The notes under the pieces were generated by a model. It saw only the letters and a list, made by a program, of their open reading frames with translations, did not search any database and was not told the origin of the DNA. A stretch of DNA of 63,008 nt, filler included, from Asterionella formosa (taxonomy: Eukaryota): the NCBI GenBank assembly GCA_002256025.1. It is 20 parts of 20 records of this genome, joined end to end, with 100 filler letters (N's around TTAATTAATTAA, not from the genome) between each part and the next. Parts side by side here need not be neighbours in the genome. Positions count along the whole stretch, not along the records: positions 23,688 to 24,905 come from NKIB01003603.1; positions 25,006 to 26,223 come from NKIB01003604.1; positions 26,324 to 27,541 come from NKIB01003605.1; positions 27,642 to 28,858 come from NKIB01003606.1; positions 28,959 to 30,175 come from NKIB01003607.1; positions 30,276 to 49,856 come from NKIB01003608.1; 14 more parts are not named here. The stretch is one strand, 5' to 3'. The number at the start of each line of letters is the position of its first letter. The first letter of the stretch is position 1. Below, piece by piece: positions 23,904 through 36,592 of this stretch. Both the position numbers and the translations under genes were made by a program.

Positions 23904-24026
23904 GGCGAGAAACTGCAGAAAGGAACTTCGGTTTTTTAACTATGCTGAAAATAGTGGATTTTACCGGGCTAACTCGTTTATTTGGCCTAGTAAAAAAACC
24001 GAAGTTCCTTTCTGCAGTTTCTCGCC
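23904..24026. repeat. Perfect 34-bp internal inverted repeat (hairpin, 55-nt loop) in the Kolobok end
   Basis: GGCGAGAAACTGCAGAAAGGAACTTCGGTTTTTT (23904-23937) and its reverse complement (23993-24026). A diverged copy lies at about 40845-40966. Confidence 0.92.
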
Positions 24027-24412
24027 GAAAGTTAACTTCTGGGGCTATATGAAGATCACCTATGTACTTAACTCTTCTTCAAACCCTGCCAACGTTGAGC
24101 TATCGTCGTCCAAAAATTCGACGATATCGGCCTTTTCAACGGTCACCAAAACGTCGGAATCAGAATCACTAATCGCCGAAACGTCATCATCGGAATGGTA
24201 GTCTTGTGCTAAAATTTGTAGTCGTAAAATCTCGTGTACAAAAAGTTCCAATGTAATTGGCCGCTGTATTAATCATATTCTGATTGGTTATCCTTATAAC
24301 CGATCGATTGGCACGGTTTGCGAGGTCTTGCAATCCAACGCCGGCCACACTGGACACACATGAAGCATTTTCTTGGGTGTTGGCCGATCCTACCCGTATA
24401 CCGGTATCCGTA

Positions 24413-24518
24413 CGGAGTAGGAATACCGAGTACCGGGTAGACCTATGCGAAAACCATATCTGTCCGGAGTAGGAATACCGAGTACCGGGTAGAGTAGGAA
24501 TACCGAGTACCGGGTAGA
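24413..24518 (+). repeat. Three copies of GAGTAGGAATACCGAGTACCGGGTAGA inside Kolobok copy A
   Basis: Direct repeats visible at about 24414, 24467 and 24492. Confidence 0.8.
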
Positions 24519-25006
24519 TCTACCGGTACCAGGTACCTGATCATCATTGGTCATAGTACGAGGTAGTGCACGCTTACCAGTACGTTACTACCGTTAGTAT
24601 GCACATTCAAATAATTTTCGGAGCCGCCGGGTCTTGAATGTGAAACATATTTGTTGATACGAGTAGGTGTTACTATCGGTAGAAAAGCAATTTAAAACAT
24701 TCAGCGATGTAGAATCTATTTGTACATATTTAATGCATTTGAAATGGAATCTATACACGTACGCGCAAATTTCCACTCATTTGAATATTTCAAACTGAAT
24801 CATTGATATTCAAATTAGCACATGAAATTCTTAGTTCCAGGGAATTTCGGCAACCCTAAGCAATATTTTAATTTTTGCCTAGGGGTTCAAATGCAGGAAC
24901 CTTAANNNNNNNNNNNNNNNNNNNNNNNNNNNNNNNNNNNNNNNNNNNNTTAATTAATTAANNNNNNNNNNNNNNNNNNNNNNNNNNNNNNNNNNNNNNN
25001 NNNNNT

Positions 25007-26223
25007 ATTTCTTCAATCGATCAAACTTTATCTACGTATCTTCGAGGATCCAAGGAGCTGCGACAATTCGCAACTGCAGTGTGCAGGGATTTGCATTGCT
25101 TTCATGCCCCTGCGTTCATTGTAGCCAACCAAACTCTATCCAAATTGTCGAGTGTCCTTGCAGACTGTAGTTCGAGAGGTGAACTCAAGCTGACATTGCT
25201 TGGGGACTCAATTGGGGCCGGGTGTTGTGACCAAAGAGGTGGATTTGGGGCAGGCATTGTAAGCGGTCTGCAAAACTTGCTTGGACCGGATGTTGAATGT
25301 AAATTTAAAAACCGTTCACGAGGTGCGACCCAGACCGAGTACTTTCTTTACTGCGACTTTTCTGATGGTGATGAAGATATTATTATACTTGAATTTGTTC
25401 CTAGTGCTGATAAGGCGAATGTACTTTACCTTGAGGGTTTAGTTAGGAAGCTCTCACTGTTGAAGAGGTCACCCGTCATTATTCTGGTTGCTACTTCGTC
25501 CCCAGATCGCCACAACGACACATTCATTCTTGAGACTACCGAATTGTGGAGAGAAATTGCAAACAATTATTTTCTCCTTTTTCTTGACCTAACTGAAGCT
25601 ATCACTTATGGGTTGACTACATGTGTATCCGGTTCAATGGCAAAAACAAAATTCTACTCTGACTATGTACACCCAAATGAATATGGACATTTGTATGCCG
25701 CATGCCAAATTCTCGGAATCTTCGAAGCGGCTCTGAGATTTTCACCCATTGACAATCGCCACAATTATGTTCCTAAAGCGAAACCTGTAAGCAAGGAGGT
25801 TGAAATGATGGGCATCACTGAATGCTACAGTGTCCTTGAGGAAGACAGATCACGCTGGCCGCATGTTGTGGATGTGCACAATTTCCAAATTGTGGAACGA
25901 GCCCAAGCTGGTTCTACAAGCATTCATAAAAGGAGTTGGCAAGGCAACAAAACTGGTGACTCAATATCTTTCATTTTACCACCATTCATCTCCTTAAAAG
26001 TCAGTGTTTATGTAGGTCCTAGTGATGACTTCGGTGTTGCAAAGGTAAGCATTGGGACAAAACATGTTTCAATTCTTGATACAAGGAGACAGCCTGGAAG
26101 TAGACCATGGATTGAATCTCACAGAGGCTACATTAATGAGTTTCCAATTGTTAGGAGAAAGGATAATGTTACATATGATCATGAAGTTGTTTCCTTTGTG
26201 ATTCAAGTCAACTCAAGCAAGAA
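25007..26223 (+). CDS. SGNH/GDSL hydrolase-family protein (partial at both ends)
   Basis: Block I LGDSIGAG, block II RGAT, block III DIIILEF, block V DYVHPNEYGH. The frame is open across the whole contig. Confidence 0.85.
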
Positions 26224-26323
26224 NNNNNNNNNNNNNNNNNNNNNNNNNNNNNNNNNNNNNNNNNNNNTTAATTAATTAANNNNNNNNNNNNNNNNNNNNN
26301 NNNNNNNNNNNNNNNNNNNNNNN

Positions 26324-27541
26324 AGATGAATATGAGCAGCCAGGTTGAATGAAATGGTATTGTGATGCTCCACACCGTCCTCAAGATAATAGCAGTAGCC
26401 AGTAACATCGAAAGCAACATTCTCGTTCACGTTAAGGTAATTTGTACCATGCACAGATACGCACCGATAGAATGAGCGATGCACAGATGAATCACGGAAA
26501 TAGCAAGTTGGGCAGTTCCCGAGTATGTGAAAGTGCATGGGGTATCGACCAAGAACATTCGTCTGCCCCATCCTGTACAACTGTACACCTTCCACAAAGC
26601 CTGTACCATTGCTATGTACCATTACATGACCACCAAAGCCAGTCAGCTCAGTGTTGGGGCACGGCCGTGATTGATCATCATAAACCGTCCTGTCTGTAAG
26701 TGTACAGTTGAGAGGATCTGGGTCAGTGGGTTCTGAGTCGGTTGCTGAACCCTGAATCTTTATGGTTCGAGTTAGTAGGCCCACTTCGGCCTGATAACCA
26801 GAGTTGGCAACATGAATGTACTTTATGGTCTCATTCACATACACAGCTGCGCCGACTCCAGTAGCTGGATTTGCGACTACTCCTCGAACAGTAAGTACTT
26901 CATTTTGGTGCCATTCTCTGCTGTCCTTCATGGCAGTAGTAACAAGGATGATCTTCTGACCGGGTTCCCAGTTGACTTGATTCTGGACCATCATAACTCT
27001 GTCGCCAACAGCCACTGACTTGGCCAATCGAGTCCAAGTACGGAAATATCGCTTGCCGTGAAGGGAAATACTACCAGACACGGAAATGCCCTTGTAGGTC
27101 TTTTCTGGAATGACGGTGACAGCATTTGCAGGACGGGATCCATAAAGAGTGATTGTAACAGGCGTTTCAAGACGACACGTCTCCGATCCAGCCGTGAGCT
27201 TTCCTATGACGTCCATGCCACGGGTATCAAGGGTAATTCCTGTCGCGTTCTCGCCAAAGATGAGCTCAGAGGTCGCAGGGATGGTAATGATGCCAAAGAT
27301 ACCTACTACGGGCTTGCGAATGACAATTCTCTTGTTGGGTGGAAGCTGTAGGTTAGCAAAGTTGGTTGAAACCGGAACACCACTAGTTCCCCAGGTTGAT
27401 GCGACATGCCAGTCGAGAATACCAGTGTCAAGATGAGGACACAGCGTTCTACCTGAGACAACAGGATTTGCTGGATTGGGGATAGTGATTCTTGTAGAGG
27501 AAACAGTGATGAAAGGGCCTGCTGGAACAGGTCCAAAATTT
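26324..27541 (-). CDS. G8-domain/parallel beta-helix protein (fibrocystin/TMEM2/CEMIP-like), partial
   Basis: G8-like WHVASTWG..SELIFGE..GKLTAGSETCRL..ITLYG, then AEVGLLTRTIKIQG, FGGHVM, RMGQTNVLGRYPMHFH, RCVSVHGT and CYYLEDGVE. Confidence 0.88.
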
Positions 27542-28966
27542 NNNNNNNNNNNNNNNNNNNNNNNNNNNNNNNNNNNNNNNNNNNNTTAATTAATTAANNN
27601 NNNNNNNNNNNNNNNNNNNNNNNNNNNNNNNNNNNNNNNNNCGTACGAGGTACTAAAAACAACCATGCATGGTTTAAGCTATGCTTTAACGCTTACTTTG
27701 AACACGTTATAATATTATCTCTGTAGACTCGGTATTATCTTTACGAGACCTGAAATGATGAATTATATGGTTCACATATTCATTGATTTTACGTACTGTA
27801 TGCCCGATTTCGTCCTCACAAATATAGTTCTCATCTATCTTGCCTGCCTTTGCTCTATTCGGGTTTGCAATAGGCAACGTTCGTCTTTCTTTTATCCCAT
27901 CGTCTGCTGCTTGTTTTGCTAGTTGAAGCGGATCGGTGAGTACAACAGTGAAACACTGAATGTGGATTGTAGATCGTAGTTTTTGGGCCGACTTTCCGAT
28001 TTGATTGCTTCCATGGCTTGTTTTGATCGTTTCCATCGTTGTTTGTCGTTACGCACTGTCGTTTTGTTTCGATTGTACATATCTAAATAAGAACCAATGC
28101 ATTTATCAATGACTACTCATTGAAGATGTGGTATTGTGCCGTTGTTGATCATATTTGTTGATTGGTATAGTTGTTGGCAATGATGTCAAAATTGCCGCCA
28201 AGCAATGCTTTTCTCGTACTAACGCGCTTTGCTAATTTCTACTACGAGTTCGTATCACAAGCTACATAAATACTCAGCTAAAGAGTGTCGATAGTGCTGG
28301 AGCTGCGTGACGATCGCGCTCGCTCAGAATGGAATCATTAGGGTTGTTTGGCGGGAGGAAGAACGACTGTGGGCGGAAGGAGTGCAAGCAACTTGGTCAG
28401 GCTACTACAGCGATGTTCATAATGTTTGCAGCAACCAGATCATCTACGCTACATCACGATGCAGATTTCAATTGGGTTTAGCTTTTTTCTTCCTTTCTGT
28501 TTTGTTTCGCTCTTTGATGGTGTGATGGAAAGTCATTGGTGCCTGTGTAAGTGCTACAATGCATACGTTTACATTGAAACTCCTATTTTATACTTTATTT
28601 CTAACCCGAAACAATTTTTTCTATTTCTCATTTGACACTACTTATTACATCGTATTTCATCCTTTCATTGCTCCAAACATCACATTCAATTTTCATTGAT
28701 GTTGCATGTTACAATCATTCTCGTGTGTTTAACGCTTGTTGTACCCTTTTTATGTATTTTACCGTTATTCTGGCTGTCATCCTAAAATCGGCAATTTTCA
28801 TTCTGTCGAAAAAATTGATATGCCCCATATTGCCCCTAAAAATCAATTACTTAAGAGANNNNNNNNNNNNNNNNNNNNNNNNNNNNNNNNNNNNNNNNNN
28901 NNTTAATTAATTAANNNNNNNNNNNNNNNNNNNNNNNNNNNNNNNNNNNNNNNNNNNNGTTGTTGA

Positions 28967-29254
28967 TCATGGAAGATCGCCTGCTTGCTTGTAGTACCAC
29001 ATTGCCATTGTTTTTGTTTGTGCTAGTACTACTGTCCACTCAGCTGGCTGTTTGTTAAGCGATCTGATTGCATAAGAAACCTTTTTTGCAAGCGCCATGT
29101 GTGCATCTATTTTCCGATTCTCCAGCTCACTCTGCACTTCTTCCGCATGCCTCTTACTTTTCAGCTGGTCATCGACCACTTCAGGACCCAACAAGCACTG
29201 GCCTGCAGCGACATGAAGACCAGATGTTGCAATTGCCCTAAGCACCGTCTGCAA
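28967..29254 (-). mobile_element. Degenerate C-terminal fragment of a repeated transposon-like ORF
   Basis: EWTV..KTMAMWYYKQAGDLP is homologous to KLMVRWYKRSGDLP at 52253-52486 on another contig. Confidence 0.4.
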
Positions 29255-31204
29255 AAAATCATATTCCTATGATGCATCATAGGATTATGATCATCTGATC
29301 ATAATTTTTCGTTACATCATCTAATAATTTTGATAAATGCCCTCGTAATTTAAATAGTAACCCTTTTGACTATGTATATTTAATTATTATTTGTATTGTT
29401 TCTTTTAGGCTCCTTTATTTAAATTTCTTGCTAGGATAATATACCAGTTAAAGTAATGTGGTTTGGCTCATCATCATCGCCAGTCCTCACTCAGATTCTT
29501 GCAACAACAACAAAGCAGTCATGTCAAGAGGAACAAGTATTTGTGATAAAATCTTTAGTTATCGCTCAAGTCATCATATGTCTTCGATGAATCATCATCT
29601 GCATTGTACATTATGTTCGTATGCAATCCGTTAAGAGCTTGAAAAGAAATCCAATGAACACGAAATGGCTCATCACACAAGCAACTCGAATATTTCCGGT
29701 CTGTCAACAGAGCATCAATCAGTGTTACAACCTCAATCATAGCAAAATAGCATCCATTATTGAACAGCACAATCTACCTCTCCGTGATATCGTCTCTCTA
29801 ACAAGAATGTAATACATCTAGAATTGAAATGCAGCATAGCAGGCGATATTCACAAAGAAGCATGAGACTATCTATTTATAGTAACAGAGTGATTCTGGTT
29901 TCGTAATTTTCATGTCTCATCAGATTTCCTTTGTCATTGTACTAGTTCATTACCTTTGAAGACAGGAGCGTATTCTTTGTTGTATCTGGAATGTTTCAAT
30001 GGATGGCAGCAGTTGGATTTAGACACAAACATCGACAAGAGCACAAGTACTTTGTAGATGTTCATGAAAAGCCAGACACTTTGGCCTATCGACCACCAGT
30101 CAGTCTATACTGCAAAAATGCAAGAAGCACAAGTTGAATGCCCATTTATGGATTCAAGTTTCAGTAGTGCAACAANNNNNNNNNNNNNNNNNNNNNNNNN
30201 NNNNNNNNNNNNNNNNNNNTTAATTAATTAANNNNNNNNNNNNNNNNNNNNNNNNNNNNNNNNNNNNNNNNNNNNTATATGCCAATGGTACAGTTACTTT
30301 TCAACAAACTATGCATACTACGGAACGAATTAATATCCATTACATCAAACCTTTTCAAAGGTAAAAGGTTTTCCCTTGGTGTGGGAGAGTGAGCGATCTT
30401 GCGCATCAATACAGATGTATATAATGTTAGTGTTATATCATATATGTATCAGAACTCAATAATGAGAGAACTCGACTAACCCTCATTGTATACTTTGGTG
30501 TCGACTTAGAGAACGAGTTACACACAAGGATTAACAAATAAGCTCATATATTCAACAAATACTACTACTTCTAGTTAGATAATTCAACAGGTACTGGTAC
30601 CAGGTAGCCTGAACATGAATCCAGCCAGACTCACAGCCTTATTTTCCGATGTATCTATTGTTCTTACCGGTACTACCTGGTACCGGTAGTTGAAGGGCGG
30701 TAAATGGGTGGTCCTCATGGTAGACTCGTACCACACTGCAGACCGCGCCAGTATATAGTGTGTTCATTTTACTGTACTACGGTAGTCTGGTACATTCTAT
30801 TACCGGTAGTATGTCATATGAGCACAATCGTCTCCGCGCCCATTTTCAATTAATTAAATATTCTATGAGTATCATCCTGACAACACATAATTGAAAAATC
30901 GTCTCGTCGAAAGGAAAATTTACGATGACAAAGATGGCCTCTGTGTGGTAAGTTTAACGCAATCGTTCTTCTTTTCCGAGCTTCTTCTTCTCATACCCCT
31001 ACATAATTCATCTAAGCCGCGTATTACGTGAAGTGACCATCAAGTAAAAAAGCCTAGTTGATTTTGAATGGATCACATGAATTAGTTGAATACATCAAAA
31101 TGCTTACTTGAATATATCTATATATTATCTGAATACATCACTTTAATTGTTTGATCAGAGTAGCATGCATGCATTCCTGATCATCACTATATTACGTGAT
31201 CACC

Positions 31205-31370
31205 TTCACATAATTATTTGAAATACTTCACGTAATTATTTGAAATACTTCACTTAATTATTTGAAATACTTCACTTAATTCTGTAATTTAGTTCACATT
31301 GCCTTATAATTTTGTTCACGTAATTCTATAATATAGTTCACGTAATGTATTGAATTTGTTTACGTAATTT
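31205..31370 (+). repeat. 22-bp subterminal tandem array (TTCACGTAATTATTTGAAATAC-like, about 7.5 units)
   Basis: TTCAC units start at 31205, 31227, 31249, 31271, 31293, 31315 and 31337, with TTTAC at 31359. Confidence 0.85.
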
Positions 31371-32859
31371 AAAAGTACTATCAAATAATGTTGATTCCTA
31401 ATTCAACTACTGGTACCGGTATTTCACATTACATGGGAAACAAATCTCGATATGCAATCAAACAAAGCAGTTCTTTCAGAATGGCATCTTCACTCTTGAG
31501 AAGGCAGGCATCATGAGACGTCTGTAAGGACAAAGCAAGACAAACAGAAACCGTTCATTCTGAATGAAAAAATTATTCATTCTTGAAAAGGCATCATGGT
31601 GCGAAATCGCAACAGGAATGTATCACACTGGCTTCCTCCTTGTCCTTGAAATGGATGACTTCTTCATTGACCTGCGAAGATTTACAAAAGAACAGTGTGT
31701 CAGTAATTCATTTAGTAAAACTAGCAACAGCAGAAAGCAACACACACATGTGCTATTCAACTGTTTCACGGAGCAGTTAAATTGACAGCAAGACACCGGC
31801 ATTAGCCAGCCACCAGGCAGCACCGCAACTCACTGATGCATTCAAAATTATGCTCCTGTTGTGAAATGGACGGCTAAAATGTAAAATAAATGTAGAAAAC
31901 AATAATAGAACCACGTGATTTATCGCTCGCTTTGCTGATGTGATGACAAAAACTATGGATTAAGCTTACCTTAGTGAAATCTTCCATTGCGGGTCTCCAT
32001 ATTGCATCATTTCACCTTCTATCACTCCTGCTTTCAAAATAACACCTATTTTCTGAAAAGGCCTGTTCAAATGCAAATGTCAACTGAATGTTGAGAACAG
32101 GAGCATTTCATTATGAATTATCACTCGCTTGGTAATATGATAGCAAAAATAGCAAGCAAATAAATCTTACCTTAAAAGCATCCATTGCGGACCATCTCAA
32201 TGTTGCATCATTCCACCTTTTGTTGTTGGTGCAACAAACCATATGTCAGCTGATAAAAGATTTGTTTGTAGTAAGGCAGCTGAAAATCTGGAAGGGGGAT
32301 GCTAGTTGTAAGGGTCGTCCCCATGTTGAAAATAAATTGTTCACAGTGGTGTTGAATGTTGCTGTTTCTATGAATTCAGATGGTCAAAAGTCCTGGCGCT
32401 GCCATGACTTCCTCTTTGTACCAACAGAACCTACAATCTACACGAAAAAATCTGGCGCAGTCTTGCTAAGAACAATTTCGTCGGGACAATTTCTGAGGCT
32501 ACAAGTGCGACTTGAACAAATATGACAAGAGGGAGAGGACACAGCCAATAGTTACTACTCCTAATTGCACATGCACTGAATGATTTATTATTAGCCTCGT
32601 CCTACTATAGTAAAAAATACGCCTTGATTTTATAATGAAAACAATCAACTGATGAGTTAACCAATTCACTTGCGTGATGAAATTTTAATCTGTTGTGTCT
32701 TCCTCAATTATGTTTGATTTTTACATTCAGAGCATTGTAGCAACTGTGTGGCAACCCATCGGTCCCATCCTTGTTCTGCCTAAAAAGAGCTCTTGGATCG
32801 CTCCCTCAAGTGTCCTTGACTCCATGTGACATTTTTCTCCTTCTCAGGTCATCTTATAG

Positions 32860-33197
32860 AATGGCTTCTGTGACTGAAATCACTCCATCTTGCCCTAATC
32901 GGTTTCCAGTCAAATACAGTTTGGTCACAGCGCACCCTCTCCTGATCCCATCAGCCAACGCCATGGCTCCTTTTTCCCGCATGTGATTCCCTGCCAAGTA
33001 GAGCATATGCAAGGCAGATCCAAACAAAGCACGTGCCTATGATCTAATCCCATCATCGCCGACTTGGTTGAATCCAATATCCAATGATCCCAAAGTGCGG
33101 TGTGCTGAAATCCCGACAGCCAACGTATTAAAACATACCTTTGTTTCCCAAGTTGTTGTAACCTGGTTTGAGAATGGAAAGATTTGAATTCTGCAGC
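32860..33197 (-). pseudogene. RNI-like leucine-rich-repeat gene fragment inside the TIR element
   Basis: LQNSNLSILKPGYNNLGNKG / LGSLDIGFNQVGDDGIRS*A..LHMLYLAGNHMREKGAMALADG..TKLYLTGNRLGQDGV, with one frameshift and one stop. Confidence 0.75.
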
Positions 33198-36100
33198 AGG
33201 GCCACTTTGACAAAGCGTGCGTCCGATGACTGCAATCCTCGCTGTGATAATCAATCTACCAATTGTGAGTACGGATGGAGTATTGAGGGAAAAAAGCGCC
33301 AAGAGGTTAGAACAACTGAGCCACGACACAGCGCAAGACAACAACACGCACTCGGGGTGCTTGTACCAGTACTTAACTTGGTTAGCTATCATCGCATGAG
33401 TGCTCTGATACGCGCTGACGGAAACTCTCTCGAGACGGCGTTGCTTTGGTGTAGTGCGAGCTCAATTTGCCAAGAATTTTACATTGACAATGCGCACTTA
33501 CTTCAGCCTACAGCGGCGATGTTTATGGTTACGTCAATTTGGTGCATGAGGATGGCGAAAACTCTTTTCACTGTCATTTCTTGGCCGATTCATACCTTCT
33601 CGGCATATGTACCATGCGTTACTTGAGTTGCATTTCGCAATGATTTATCCTCTAAAACAATTTTATCTTGAACTTTTAAAATATGTAGTTGTAAAATCAA
33701 CTAGTTTTGTCTTGGAAATCACTGTATGATTCCGAACCATCGCATGAAAACCTCGAAGAGAAGTCTTGTTCACTATAATAGTTCAAATCATTAGTACGTG
33801 AAGTGCACAAATATAAACTGTAGATTGTCCATGCATGAAATAAAACACTACAAATATCCTTACTTTTTCACAAATAAAGATGCATGTAGTAAATGAATTA
33901 GCCACGAGAGCAGGATATTAGTTGAACTTTGAAATGAATTATTTGAAACATCAACTCATTCAGTCTCGAGTTCAAAGTTCATTGTGAGAACTTCACATGA
34001 AACCGTTAAAAGTAACCTTTTTTACGGGAAGAGTGGTATTAATTCATGTCAAGTACCCCATCATTAACACTCCTACGTAAATGAAATTTCGAAAAGTGGC
34101 GTATTTCGCGGCTTAGACGTTTCTAATCTCTCATGACTGAATATTCAAGATTCAATCAAGAATATGGGTCGTTTTAAAGCCCTGTAGTCGGCGCCTTTTG
34201 GGCATGTTGTTTTTGTTTCTTCTTGCCATTGGTTCAACTTCCCAAGCTTCTACTTCTCAAACTTCTACCTCCTTGTTTCCTATACTTGGGCCGCCATTTC
34301 CAAAATCACGTTGAAGATTCATACAAGAATGGGGTTGTTTCTAAGCAATCCTTGTTGTCGCTTTTCTGGATATGTTATGATGTTGCCTTTTTCGTTTACC
34401 ATTTTTTTCAATGAGCTGACAAAATGCTTCTCTATTATCTTGATAGAATTCAGTGATGAACCGCACATTTCATGGTGTATCTAGTAGATAAATGAAACAA
34501 GGTAAGAATCATGAACGCAATGTTGATTTGACATGGTAATTGATTTATAATTTCTAAAGCAGGACTATCTCACTTTTACTCTCTTCTCTTTTTCTTCTCA
34601 GATAATACTACATCAAAATCGCCAATTATTGCTTGCTTCTTAGCCGTATTTTTTCCATAATCAAGAGTCAAAGGGAGCTGATGAAATGGGAGTGTTGCGG
34701 CTGTTGTGAATAGTAGGTCAATGAATGCTACCGGAAGCAAGTCCAGATAGAATGGTGCCAAGCAATGATTGCTCCTTTGCTTTTGGTGCTGCCCAGCATA
34801 ACATAATAGCTGCATTGCTAGGAATAAAATAGATTGTTAACACTTTGCTTACAGCTACTCCTATCTAGCAACTGTTTGCATTTTGTTTGCCTTCATTTGT
34901 ACATTTTTCGTGATTTTTGGGAACAATTAATGTGGTTGTAGATATAGAAATTACATGATCAGGCCTACAATAATTTTGTTACTTTGCTTCAAAATTTATG
35001 TGGGTTTATAAAAATTTTTGGAAGCTGTCGAACCTATATTTTAGTTCACTCCTATCATATATATATTATATGATGCATCACATTTTATATTTGGTTTCAT
35101 ACCCTTAAATTATGTACGTAGCCCAATTTTTCATAGTAGGCCACCCAAATAATTAATTTGGGTGATCACATTTGACTAGCGTTTTTTTTGTGGCGGTTGT
35201 ACCAATAATCGGCGTTGTAGATGTGGCTATGGAGATGGCACTCTGCTTGCTCAACACAATTAATGTGACACTCCTGCCCACCTCTTGGGTCCTAAATATG
35301 TTCTCCGCTACCTCTCTGGTTCAGCTGACCATTGCATGCCGCCTCCTACCTTCTTTCCACTACTACTCTTCTTGGTTGGCCCATAACCAATCCCACCCTT
35401 GTCACCTACAAAGATGCAAACTGGGGCCCCCAGGATGCTTCCCAACCTAAACCTTCCGACACCATCTCCATTTTGGAATGTTGCTTGCTCCTTGGTTCAA
35501 TCAGTAACCTTTACTGGAGGTCCTCTTGCCTGGCATGTTGTTTGTGAACCCCGCATTAGCCAAGCTTCTCCCTTCTTCGATCTGTCACACTAGTTTCATC
35601 TGGTCTTCCATCATCATGAACCAAGATTATATACTACCAGTATATCAGTACTTTGGCTGGTACTCCAGTAGTACTTTTGCAACGTAGATTCAATATTAAC
35701 ATATGGATACAAACGATGACCATAGCTACATGTTGGCATACTCCTGATTTATAAATGTGTTTTGGTATTGTGCAAAATCATGTCTGCATACAGCAATGGA
35801 GAATTAGTATAAACATTCAAACATCATTTTTGTTTGTTTAAAATGGAACTCAATCAATCTGGTGCCGATTCCTATTTGATTCAAATATTCAAATAGACAC
35901 TTGAATCATGGGAATTCATAGTAGGAAACGCCCTGTTCCATGCCATTTTTACATTCCTAGTGACGTTTTCTCAAAACTAGGGTTAAGCCAGTGCCGCAAC
36001 TTCAAGTCTAAAATGTGGTCAAGATTGGCTGACAAACAATGAAAGAAATCATTTTCGATTGACCCCTCATTTCCTCCTTTTTTCTTGATTGCAGTGACGA

Positions 36101-36592
36101 AACGAAATTTATTTAGCTCTAAATAATGCGAAGAAATTAGAATCCTTTTTACCATCAAAAATTAATTGTCCTTTTAGTCGCATCTAATTTGAAGCACAAC
36201 ATGGTGCAAGTGGACCGGTATGTAGTAATAGGAAGAATAGGAAATGAGCGAGCCAGTCATCGAGTCCGCCAGCAGCGTCTAATTGTGAATACAGAATCGA
36301 TATACTTGCAGATACCGGCAAGCAAAAGCGCAGACCAAATAAAATCGCTAAAAGGGAAATATATATATACCCAACGTTTTATTATCCTTAATTCAACTAG
36401 ATCCCTGGTAAGAATATACATATACAAAACTGTTTATAGACCAATGACTCGACCAACTCCTATCATAGTACGATATACCTGTGTTGACTTGTCCAATTAA
36501 TGAATATTGAGTATCATATCCCTTCCCTGACCAGATTATACTTCACTTGAACAACAACAAGAAAGAACGTAACGTCAGAAGCAGTCATCATC

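Larger units (their letters stand above)
23692..24901. mobile_element. Complete non-autonomous Kolobok-type DNA transposon (copy A)
   Basis: Perfect 23-bp TIRs GGTTCCTGCATTTGAACCCCTAG / CTAGGGGTTCAAATGCAGGAACC, flanked by TTAA on both sides (23688-91, 24902-05). The GG..CC termini fit the Kolobok RR..YY rule. Confidence 0.85.
31009..34119. mobile_element. Non-autonomous TIR element of about 3.1 kb (CA..TG-type ends, CMC/CACTA-like) carrying a captured gene fragment
   Basis: Left end CATCTAAGCCGCGTATTACG and right end CGTATTTCGCGGCTTAGACG, with TT on both flanks and subterminal repeats. 33636-34119 and about 32290-32560 match 46291-46800 and about 47700-47960 in reverse orientation. Confidence 0.7.

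Noticed and set aside
23688..24905. piggyBac assignment on the basis of the TTAA duplication
   Set aside because: Termini are GG..CC rather than CC..GG, and the linked transposase and KolX motifs are Kolobok-type.
25007..27541. SGNH hydrolase next to a G8 protein as a polysaccharide-modifying gene cluster
   Set aside because: They are on separate contigs joined by an artificial spacer.
30276..30557. Possible LTR end (..TTCAACA)
   Set aside because: No second LTR, primer-binding site or adjacent gag/pol to support it.
31205..31370. 22-bp periodic array as a possible CRISPR
   Set aside because: Units are contiguous and degenerate with no unique spacers and no cas genes. It lies in the subterminal region of a TIR element in eukaryotic DNA.
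34200..35600. Possible decayed transposase on the minus strand
   Set aside because: No recognisable catalytic motif could be recovered by eye.
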